Notes under the pieces: model-generated
Database searches by the model: none
Seen by the model: the letters and a program-made list of their open reading frames with translations, nothing else
What the model was told of the DNA's origin: nothing
In this document: positions 1 through 12,400 of the stretch, in pieces
Layout of the letters: every line of letters starts with the position of its first letter
Position numbering within the stretch: position 1 is the stretch's first letter
Translations under genes and position numbers: made by a program
Source: Haliotis rubra
Taxonomy: Eukaryota
DNA length: 64,000 bases
NCBI RefSeq assembly: GCF_003918875.1
Contig: NW_025767002.1
Location: 3,038,001-3,102,000 of the forward strand
Direction: 5' to 3'

Positions 1-341
1 TCATGCACGCATGCACGCACGCACGCTCAAGGTTTTAGGTGTCTGGCTAAGGGGCATAACTCCGCACACAAATTCTGGCACCGAAGACAAATGGGTGCCC
101 TATACCCCCTCCCCTGCCTGAGGCAAGAAATACCTCTTTATTTGAAATCTTCCTTCTCTTTCATATCATTACAAGATTGAGAAGCAGTACTGTCTTACAC
201 ATTTTTGCTTGCCCTATGGGGAATTCATCTGATGTTTTTTTCAGAAACGCTTTTTGAAATCTGATACAATACATAATTCAGAATAGCTGGACCTTAAATC
301 CCAGCTCATAGTTTTGCTTTTGACAATTTCGAAATACTTAC

Positions 342-421
342 AGTCTGATTGAACTGTGTCCTGAAATCTCCGATCTTCTTCTTGATGTCACTGCGAATAC
401 TGTCCAGCTTGTTTACGGAAG
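342..421 (-). CDS. prominin coding exon 10
   Basis: tgttttcag|(S)SVNKLDSIRSDIKKKIGDFRTQFNQT|gtaagt. 80 nt, phase 1 to 0. Confidence 0.83.
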
Positions 422-3400
422 CTGAAAACAGTCAAACATATTGTCAAGATAACATATCTATCTCATCAAAATATCAAAATGTGTACATGAAACATTTATT
501 ATCCTCACCAAGACAGAACCCCAAACTCAGAAAAATTTCAGCTGTAAGGCAGCAGCTATAAATGGCCAGGTCTTGGCCAGACAATCCCCTGCACAATATC
601 TCCAGCAACACTCCATGCTGTCAGAACACTGGTATTTTGGATAGGCAACCAATCTGGTTGAGTGGTTGAGTGAGTTTAGTTTTATGCTGCACTCAGCAAT
701 ATTCCAGCTATATGACAGCTGTCTGTAAATAATCGAGTCTGGACAAGATTAACAACATGACCATCGATCTACGCAAATGGGATACAATGCCATGTGTTAA
801 CCAAGTCAGCAAGCTTGACCATCCGATCTCGTTAGTCGCCTCTTATGACAAGCATGGGTTACTGAAGATCAATTCTAACCCAGATCTTCTAACCAATCTG
901 ATCACCAGGCCCATTTGGTCATCACTTACGACCATTGAAGGTCGCTGACACCCGTTCTAAACTAGAATTCCCATGAGACACCTGGTTTTGTTACTTACAG
1001 TTGATCTGTTCCTGGATTTCCCCAGTAGCATTCTGCTTGGCCTGATCCAAAGTGCCCTTCGCCTGATGCAGATAAACAAGCATGAGTGGTCAATTCTTGT
1101 CAAAGAAATGAGTGAGTGAGTATGGTTTTATGTCGCTTTTAGCACTATTCCAGCAACATCACAGCAGGGGAGTCCAGAAATGGGCTTCACACATTGTACC
1201 CATGCAGGAAATCGAACCCAGACCTTCGGTGTGACAAGTGAACACTTTAACCACTGGGCTATACCACCGCCCCTAAAGGAATATAATTATCCTGATTATC
1301 TTATTCTGGCAAAAATGGAGTGAGTGAATGAGTTGTGTCAACTTGCTTGGAAAAGAATTTCAGTGACTGCAAATCTGGAAATTAATGTGGCTCAGTATCA
1401 ATGCTACTACACTCTAGCCTCAGTGGTATATTAAATCCTTTTACTTAAAGGTCACATGCAACGTAAAACACAACTTTGCAGATTCTGATACCTTTTGGTA
1501 TGGACTTACCGAAACAAATCGTCAAAAATGCAAATTCAACTTATAAAGTTGAAAAATAACGCGATGAAAAAAACCGCGCGAAATCGGAGTTCAAACGTTT
1601 CACTAATTTTCCCCAGACTTTTCTGGGGAAAACGGGTTTCAACAGCTGGGCTGCGCTCATAGCACGTGCGCAGTGAAATAGGTTCGCGCAACTTGGAAGC
1701 GGGTTGTCCGGTGAATACTCGGTGAAGGCTTTGGTGTGAGCTATTTTTCTAATGTTTTGTTGATATCTCACAGCGCGAGCTTTTATACGTTATGACAGTA
1801 AATTAACTGTTTATATAATTTCACCACACGTTCTTCTTACCGAGTCACTTTCTCAGTTCGATACTTAAAAGCAACGTCATTATTTAGCGTTGACAGAATT
1901 TCTAACTGTGATATAGATATGTCGTTGTCACAGACAAAACTCAATGTCTTGTTTTATTGACATCTGTGTGTCTGCCTGCCTGTCTGCTAATGACAATATT
2001 CAATACACATCTGCTATCACTGACCACATGCAATTTGAACTTAACACCAATCAGGCTATACACCATAAACAAAATGCATTGATTTATGGCCCGAGTTCGG
2101 TCTTTGTCACATTATGTAATTACACAGACAGGCAGGTGTGATAGTTGAACACATGACATGTTATGATGTCTGTTGATTGCAAAATGTTATACACAAAAAA
2201 TGAGCATGTATTTACAAAACCCAACATCTCTACATATACACACACGATAAGCCGTGAGAGATCTGCAAATGAACAAGCCGTTACACTTGAGTGCACACCC
2301 ACCCGCTCTGACTGGGTTCGGTATCCCGGCTGCTTCATTTCATTGGAAGTAAACCGAAGTACACAATATTGCACTTTTGATTTGCGATTGTACGCTTATA
2401 ATTTTGTTTATATGTTTTTTCATAACCAGCAATGTATAATATATGTCATGAATAAGTGATAATTGTGTTTTAATTATGTTTGATTTTTTGGTTGCATGTG
2501 ACCTTTAAATATTAATTTCAAGATTTAGAGCTTATCAATTTGATGCAGGGCCCCTATTCTCGAAAGTGTCCCAGCTAAGACAGATCCAAAGTAGTTAAGA
2601 CAGAAGTTATGACATCCTACCGTTAGGATAAAACCCATTCTCGAAATGATCCTATCCTTGTCCTAACTTGAGCTACCGATCCTAGCTAGGATAGCGAGCT
2701 CTTCAGTAGGTGAGACATAAAAACATTCATTAAGTTGGGGATTCCCCTAAATATTATCAATGATTCATTCCACAAAAAAACACATAATAAGGAAATTCAG
2801 CTTTTGATGGACTTTGTAGATCTAGAAGAAATTATTCGATATTTTCATCACATTATAGGAGTTTTTAAGTTTTTGAAAATTCATTTTTGACAAGGCGATA
2901 ATTTGAAAAGTCTGCAAAAAAACAATAAGGATATGAAAGATATGTGCAAAAAATATTTTCATTGTATTTGATTTTTTTATGAAAATCATGACTTGAAGTC
3001 TCATTATGCGTCACCTCACAAACTGAAAAATTCACCTAGGAAATATACAGGAGTTACTTCCCCTATTAAGTTGGCCTTGACGTTGATATTTCACGGCAAT
3101 GTGACTCAAAAGAGCAATGTTGTGATTAAAAAGACCAAGAATAGGTAAGAATTGAACAAATCTCTCTTGTAGATCTAAAGAATATGTGCATTGCAACAAG
3201 TGTGTCTATTCATTACCGATAACTTGATAACTCTTCATAACACATCAAAACTGTGTGGTGTTGTAAATTCAAATGTAATTTAGGCGAGTTATTTTACTTG
3301 ACAACATAAAAATTGGTGAACAAACAAGAACCACTCCATGTTGACTTCCACTAAGATAGACTTAGGACAAGTCAGAACCAATCCTAGTATTTGTCCTAAG

Positions 3401-6400
3401 TTAGGATATCCTAGCGCTAGGATACTTTTCGAGAATAAGGTAGGACACCTATCCTAGACCCTAGGATCAAAGTTAGGATATCCTAGGGCTAGGATCCTTT
3501 CGAGAATAGGGGCCCAGGACTTTTACAACCAAGATTTTTAGAGTGTCAAAATGCTGAAACATAATCAGTACAAATCCCAAATTCTAACCTAAGTCAGCGA
3601 ATTCTAGCATGAGTACTGGATGCAAATCTGCAAAGCGAAGGTAAGTTACATTTGACAGCTGTGCCAGTCACTACCCCTTGCTACAGTCTTTGTATATAAA
3701 AAATCAATGATTACCTGGTCAATGAATTTCTGCATGTCAAGACTCTGTGATACATTGCCAGCTTGTGCTGAAAGATCATTCAGCTGAAATAAAATCAAAC
3801 TCCATCAGAATTATATGAAACATAGAACATCATGAACTGGACTGATCATGAGTTACAACATAAAACCACATTTTGTAATAAATCATGGCTATTTAAACAC
3901 TCAAATCTGAGTTAGACACACTACTTGTTGACAAAATGAGTGTCAACCCGGAATGACAGCTTCTGACATATTTCTGTCAGTTTACACACTACTACCTTGT
4001 TTGATTCAGAAATTATAGCAATCTCGTGGCAATGGTGAATTATTCTTGATTCTCCAAAGAGAGTTTAGTTTTATGTCACTTTCAACAATATTCCAGAAAC
4101 ATCACGACAGGAGACACCAGAAATGGGGTTCACACATTGTGCCCATGTGGGGAATCAAACCGGGGTCTTCAGCGTGATGAGCCAACACTTTAACCACTAG
4201 ACTACCCCACCACCCCTGAGGTGAGGTGAGATGAAAAGGGTTTTTAACATTTCTTTCAAGATTATTGCACCTTGAAAGAAAGCCATAATCCTCCCTGTCA
4301 CCACTCAAACCAAAGGGAAGTAACTCCAATCTAAAGTCATAATTCTTGGGCTAACTAACTAACTGAGTTTGGTTTTACGCCGCTTTTAGCAATATTCCAG
4401 CAACATCATAGCGGGGGACACCAGAAATGGGCTTCACACATTGTACCCATGTGGGGATTTGAACCCGGGTCTTCGGCATGACGAGCCAACGCTTTAACCA
4501 CTAGGCTACCCCACCGCCCCATAATTCTTGGAAGATGTTCAAGCACATAGCACATTTGTAGGGCAAACAATTGCAGCACACCAACAGTTTGATAAAACAT
4601 TACACTTTAAGTCAAAATGTAAGGCAGGTTAACCCTTCCTTTATCCTTTTCTACATCAACTTACACCAGTGAAGTTAGCATCAGTCTTATACTGTGAAAC
4701 ATTCAGTGCGCCACCACAAGTAGTGGAGGGCAGGCTGCAGTCAGATTGTCCTTTATGATTTTCAGTTGATTGGTAAGATGTGTCCCATCATTCTGCAGAC
4801 TGACCAAATAACTTGCAACATCTGTTAAATCTTTCTGGGTGGCATTAACATCTGCAACAATAAGTACATTAGTCTTCACACATTCAGACAGAAAGTTCAT
4901 TGCATTTCATATGTCATTCATACTTATGATGTAATCAATTGAAAATGGTAAAACATAAATATATTCTTCAATTAGATATGACATAGATTTACTAATACAA
5001 AATAGAATCTGAATTTATAAACATGGGAAATTTATAATCTTTGTACAGAGAACAAGTAAACACATGTGATCATGTGTGCCACAGGACAAAATATGATGTT
5101 CACATGCACATGTCAGGGGAGATAACTGCAACAGATAGCGCTTGGGAAGACCACTAAGAAGTAAGACAATAACATGGATGTCTAGCAATTTGAAGTTTCA
5201 GGACATTAGGCGATCAAGTGTTAAAGGAACTTATTGGTAAGAACTTGATATGTTTCAATGAGGGAAACAGCAGGCCTGTGACATAACATAAAGGTGTCCA
5301 TCAAACAGCTGGAATCATGTTGAGAGCAGCAGTAAACATCAGCAAACAAATAACCATTGTGTTGTACTTGCTGACCCATCAAGATTTGGGTATCTATCAA
5401 AACTTGTTTGTTGCAGAGGTAATAATGCTTGTTTCAAGAGGGGGGACTAACAAGATCAACGCTTCACTTAAGAAAAATAGCAATTTATTACACTGAAGTT
5501 AAGTATAAGTCTGCCTCAGCAACGACACAAGAAGATAAATGTCTCACCTGAGTGAGATCTTGTGTTATTTTATTAAAGTGAATTACTGATTAACTTAATG
5601 CCAAAGATACTTTTAGGAAGGACACCATAAAATTGTTTTCACATATTGAACTCATATTCAAACCCATGACGTTGGTAGGAAGAGCAGCTGCTTCAACCAC
5701 AAGGCTAACCAGGAAATACAGTGTTGATCTCACTGAGTTTCAAGGTTAGCATGATCTTTCCATGCATGGCTTATGTATAAACATAGATGTTTATTTGTTT
5801 GTTCTTCACACTCACAGTACATATAGTGCTACAGCCTTTAAATTAAATGATGCATAACTATCTACAGAAAATGCACCAAGGGGACATAAATTGTGAAATT
5901 CAAATTTTAACTCTTACTCACTTTTACTGAGATCCGTTGCCTGTTGAATCAGCGATGAGGCGTTGACCAGATCAGCCACTCTATCAACTGCACTGCTTGC
6001 TGTGGCTGAAAAGTGTTGTAACATAAACCTAAACAAATTCCAGACAACATAATATTTTCAACTTAGACAAAGTTGAATTTCCATCATACCTTTGATAACT
6101 AGCTCATAACAATCCTTGAAGTCCCTGACAAGTTTCTAAATGCCTTTCAAGAACCTCAAAAGTTTCATAAATGACATCACCCATTACTATTAAATGTCAA
6201 TATTTGCAAAAACACAAAGAGTGGGACATTTTGCAAATATGAACAATGACATCATCTTTACAAGACAGCTGCAATAGTAGTTAGAGTGAGTGAGTTTAGT
6301 TTTACACCGTTCCAGCAATATCAAGGCAGGGGACTCCAGACTGACTGACTGAGTTTGGTTTTACGCCGCTTTTAGCAATATTCCACCAACATCACGGCAG

Positions 6401-9400
6401 GGGACACCAGAAATGGGCTTCACACATTGTGCCCATGTGGGGATTCGAACCCGGGTTTTCGGCGTGACCACTCGGCTACCCCACCATCCCAATAGCAGCT
6501 AGACTTAAATGCAGCTGTGAACAGTATTTCAGTTATATCATATATATGACTCACACGTTAGGAAATCCCAAACCAACCAGGCCTCTGACCTTACTACTAC
6601 TTTACTGTACTAATTTACTACTTTGGTGACGTCACAAGCACAGGTAGGGTGCTGTCAAGCCTAGAAACATAATCTGGGTGACCTGGGATTTGGACCCACA
6701 TTCACAGGCTCCTGATGTTACCAAGGGACATAACTCTAGAAAGCCAACTGGAGTGCCTATGATAACTGGACCCCTCTTGCCCCTTAATCAGTTGTCATGG
6801 TACAAGTGTATAGGGAGTTACAGGAGGAGATGCAAGGGACCAGCTCTACTCCAGGGTCACCGAAGGGTCTATCACCACAGTCTATATATGTGTTGTGTGA
6901 GATTTATTTGGAAAATATCTTACTGTTGATGTCTCTAACCAGAGTTGCTCTTGTTGAATCAAAGGTTCCTAGGGCTCTAGCTTGAACATCCTGTGGATAA
7001 AAGAACATTAAAAGTTAAAACTGATCACTTTAGCTAAATATTCAAAATGTAAAATATCAAAGATAGCCCCTCCAAAACATCATACAAACAAATAAGAGTT
7101 GATGGATAACATAAACAACAAATAACTTCCTGTTTGAAGATCACGCATGTAAACTCTTTAATGTGTATAACATTAAACAGGGATTGGGAAAGGTGGGGGC
7201 CATGGGCCATTTTGCACATTAGAATAAAAAATTGCCCATTAAAATGTTGAAGTTTACTAATGATACAAGGGCAGTGGCCCATTCTAAATTCAGAAATTGG
7301 CTAATGATCCTGAAAATGGCCCATTGTCATAGTTCTCTATCCCAATTCCTGATTAAATATATATCTTCGGTTCATTACATTGCGATTTCCTCGTAAACAA
7401 AACTCACATCCATTGTATCTGTAACATAGTTGTCAAATCCAGTTAAAGCCTGGCCAAGTCTTCCTGCAAGCCCACGGTTGTCTTCGTTTCGTAGATATCG
7501 ATGAATGAGATCGTTAGTGACAAAGGCACACACAACTCCAGCTCTGTACCAAATAATATTCATAGTAATACATGCCTTTCATATATTTATAATATTATTA
7601 TATATTTATATTTATCATAATATTTAAAAAGACCCTAAGAATATTTCATTATCACCTTCAGATGAATGAAAAATGTTCAAGAAGTACTGAACAGTGCATA
7701 CGATTATTGAACATGGGCTTTGTAAAGTGTGTCAATGTTGAGTATAAGCATGTCAGGGTTGAGTATAAGCATGTCTGTGTTGAGTATAAGCATGTCAGGG
7801 TTGAGTATAAGCATATCTGTGTTGAGTATTAGCATGTCTGTGTTGAGTATAAGATGTCAGGGTTGAGTATAAGCATGTCAGGGTTGAGTATAAGCATGTC
7901 AGGGTTGAGTATAAGCATGTCTGTGTTGAGTATAAGCATGTCAGTGTTGAGTATAAGATGTCAGGGTTGAGTATAAGCATGTCAGGGTTGAGTATAAGCA
8001 TGTCTGTGTTGAGTTTAAGCATGTCTGTGTTGAGTATAAGCATGTCAGGGTTGAGTATATTAGCATGTCTGTGTTGAGTATAAGATGTCAGGGTTGAGTA
8101 TAAGAATGTCAGGGTTGAGTATAAGCATGTCAGTGTTGAGTATATTAGCAGATATGTCTGTGTTGAGTATTGAGTATAAGTATAAGATGTCAGGGTTGAG
8201 TATAAGCATGTCAGGGTTGAGTATAAGCATGTCAGGGTTGAGTATAAGCATGTCAGTGTTGAGTATAAGCATGTCAGTGTTGAGTATAAGCATGTCAGGG
8301 TTGAGTATAAGCATGTCAGGGTTGAGTATAAGCATGTCTGTGTTGAGTATAAGCATGTCAGGGTTGTACGTCTGTGTTGAGTATAAGCATGTCAGTGTTG
8401 AGTATATTAGCATGTCTGTGTTGAGTATAAGATGTCAGGGTTGAGTATAAGAATGTCAGGGTTGAGTATAAGCATGTCTGTGTTGAGTATAAGCATGTCA
8501 ATGTTGAGTATAAGCATGTCAGTGTTGAGTATAAGCATGTCAATGTTGAGTATAAGCATGTCAGGGTTGAGTATAAGCATGTCAGTGTTGAGTATAAGCA
8601 TGTCAGTGTTGTGTATAAGCATGTCAGTGTTGAGTATAAGGCATGTCAGTGTTGAGTATAAGCATGTCAGTGTTGTGTATAAGCATGCATGTCAGCATGT
8701 TCAGTGTTGTATAAGCATGTCAGTGTTGTGTATAAGCATGTCAGTGTTGAGTATAAGCATGTCAGTGTTGAGTATAAGGCATGTCAATGTTGAGTATAGG
8801 CATGTCAGTGTTGAGTATAAGCATGTCAGTGTTGAGTATAAGCATCCACGATGGTACATACAGCATGATGGTGTTGATTATAAGCAAGACCGTGCAGTAG
8901 GAGACACGCTTGCACTTGGCTCGTTTTGGATCCTTCTCCTTCTTCTTCCCACCGCACTTGCCACAACAGCGACAACAGCAGAAACAACAGCCAAATATTG
9001 GCATGATGATGCAGAACAGGATGCCCACAGCCACACACACAGCAAAGCCAATCAAGTAGTCCGTGTACTGAAACACAGACCAGTAACATTGTTCAAAATG
9101 TTTAATCAGTTATAGAAAAAGTATACTGTTTAAAAGTACTCCAACCCAATTGTAGCTGTTACAAAATTATGACAGGGCAAACCAGTGGTTGACGATATGA
9201 ATAGCATCCCCTGCTGCCAAAGACAAAGTTCCACAATGTCTTTGTCAATGAGCCTGAACTGCATTGTAATGGGGGTGGTGGGGTAGCCTAATGGTTAAAG
9301 CCTCCACTCGTCACACTGAAGACACAGGTTTGATTCCCCACTTTGGTGCAGTGTGTGAAGCCCATTTCTGGTGTCCCCCACCGTGACATTGCTGGAATAT

Positions 9401-12400
9401 TGTAAAAGTGGCGTAAAACCATACTCACTCACTGCATTGTAATGGCACTTATCACATGTATAATGCACTGCAGACCTATTCGGACCAGGAAAACCCACAG
9501 AAAACCAGTGGTTAACAGTATGAACAACACCCCAGGCTGCTTGTACCCCTTTGAGCTTGTACTTACAATAAGCATAAGGAACTGCAGACCTATTCTTACC
9601 AAGAAAACCTACAGTGAGTGAGTGAGTGAGTGAGTGAGTTAGTTATTCAGAACTACTCGTGTCATTCCGGCAAGCCAGATGGCCATGTTCACGACTGGGC
9701 CTTGTCTAAGTGCAAACGGGCAGGGAGATGAAAATAGTCTAGTACTATTTCAAAGGAAAGATAACTCTGAATTTCCAAACATGGCTACTCCAAGAATATC
9801 CCACATCCTGACGGCAAAACAGCTATACAGTCATTCCCTTCGTAAAGATGTTTCAGCGTTGAAAGTTGCTGAACCTCTAGCTCAAAGTTTATGTTTAAAT
9901 TGTGCTTTGCATAATTTAGTGGAGTTTCAAAGTTCAACGGTGCAGCCATTTTGATGCATCGAAATACATTTTACTACCCATGTTTTGATTGGTTTGCCAC
10001 GATTCTTGGCAATAATGGCGTACTATTAAGGTACGAGTCTTCTTGTAGGTCACGGAAAGAGGCGCAGTAGTTACAAATGTGAGTATGGTTTTACGCCGCT
10101 TTTAGCAATATTCCAGCAGGGGACACCAGAAACGGGTTTCACACATTGTACCCATGTGGGGAATACAACTCGGGTTTTCGGCATGACGAACGAACGCTTT
10201 AACCACTAGGCTACCCAACCGACCCAGAAAACCCACAGAAAACCAGTGGTCGACAGTGTGAACATTATCAAGCTTAATGCATCTATACAGTGACATGTAC
10301 ATATGTGTATGTGGCTGCTTGTACTGGGAGGGGTAATGCCAGTTTTATTGTGCTAACTGAACCCAGGGAAAGGTAACAAGAGGTACCATATCTATAATCT
10401 CTCGGGGCGGTGGGGTAGCCTAGTGGTTAAAGCATTGGCTTGTCATGCCAAAGACCCGGGTTCGAATCCCCACATGGGTACAATGTGTGAAGTCCATTTC
10501 TGGTGTCCCCCACCGTGATGTTGCTGGAATATTGCTAAAAGTGGCGTAAAACCATCCAAAACTGTGTTCCACAGGAGATATTGCTTGTGTGAGATATCCT
10601 AGGAGATATCATTTTGACAGTAGATTTTGTACAATGCCCAGACAATGTTATGACGTCATGAACTGGATGCCATCATGTCACAATGCTATGACAATGTTGC
10701 ACTGCAAGTCATCTTCAGAGATGTACAGTTTTCATTGAAAACTAATGAAGAGTGATTTTTGATGATAAATAGAATCTCACCCTCATGTCTTCTGATATCA
10801 AACATATCAACACTTGTCGATAAAAGTAAAAACATCCTCGTCAAGCCTGGATACTTGTAACTTTATCAACCCATGATGATATAATAATTTGATATCAAAA
10901 CACATTCGGGTGAGATTCACTATTTGCGTGTCACATAAAACCCTGCAAAGGTTGATACAATGACGACATTCCATGTCATCAGGTTAAGGTGACAGACAGC
11001 TATCAGGTAAAATTAACCATGACCTCCAAGTCATATAGCCTGACCAACTGATGACAATATGATGGAACCTTTCCTGTCCAATTTTTTTATCTACATACAA
11101 CCCACAGTACAGACTGGAATAACAAAACCCACCATTCATGTCCAGCCAACTATACCTTGTATTATAAAGATTCTAATTTCTGTTTCAGCTGCCCGTTAAC
11201 TCGGTTTTATTTCCAATTTTAGTACTAATCATCATAAACCTGACTGAAAGTCAAGTTTCAAACAGATGAAACTGATAAAAGGAAACATCACATGTATAAG
11301 TATAGAAGTATACCTAGCTGTTAACGACAAGTCTCCAACCAATCACACCTACATACTCTCCTTAACAACTCATCGCCTATGAAATGTCAAGTCTGAAAGA
11401 AAACTCTAATGATATCTCAATGAAATCGTATCTCCCTGATCAGGATTAATCCTGACCATCATCCACTCAGTGTCTCAGTAGGAGCACACAGAAGTCAGCA
11501 GCACAACTCATTTCCTTATCTTGAAAATGGAAAAAAACAGGCAGTTCCAAATTCAAACAATAAAGGCAATGTGATTGCTGGCATGTTATGGCTCTCTTCT
11601 GATTGCCATGGCATCTACACCCAAGAATGTGTTTATCATGCCATGATATTGCTAGAATATTGGTAAAATGAATGTAAAACCAAACCCACTCACTCACTCT
11701 GCACCCAAGAGGGTGTTTATCATAGGCATATTTGTGTCCTGCATAATTTGTTTTTTTTATTGCAGCAGACAAATGAAGCTGAATCATTTAGGAAGCTGTC
11801 ATCTGATTGGCTAAAACATCCATGTATCCTTCAATCTTCATAGGTATCAGGTATAGGTATAGGTATCATAACAAGAGTCATCAGAAGATGACATATCCCC
11901 CCGGCCTCCACATCTTTGAAAGAACAAAGCATCTGACAGTTACTTCAAGTCCAGCTTGATTTTAGACTAAGTGCAAATCGTTTCCATGGAATTCATGAAA
12001 AAAATAAATGACAAAAATCTGCAAATAGCAAAAGGCACCACTTTGGGATCTGCCTCACATATCTGCCAAGTTTTGCTGAAAGATATTAAGAAGTTTTTCG
12101 AGTTGTGCTCCGGAAACGAAGCCCACCCCTCACTTTTGCAACTAAGTCCGAATCGTTTCCAAGGAAACCGGGAAAAATAAAAATGCCAAAAATCTGCAAA
12201 TAGCAAAAGGCACCACTTAAGGTTCTGTTTCATATATCTACCAAGTTTTGTTGAAATATTGAACGGTTCTTGAGTTATGCTCCGGAAACGAAACCCACCC
12301 CTTCCTTTTGAGACTAAGTCTGATTCATTTCCATGGAAACCAAAAAAATTATAAATCACAAATATCTGCAAATAGCAAAAGGCACCACTTTGGGATCTGC

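Noticed and set aside
7795-9115. MLILNTD/MSGLSIS repeat ORFs, including the 227-aa plus-strand ORF
   Set aside because: 21-bp minisatellite plus the antisense of prominin exon 3.
11467-11540. Strong minus-strand acceptor followed by MSCAADFCVLLLRH
   Set aside because: In-frame stop and no good donor. Not needed for prominin phase continuity.
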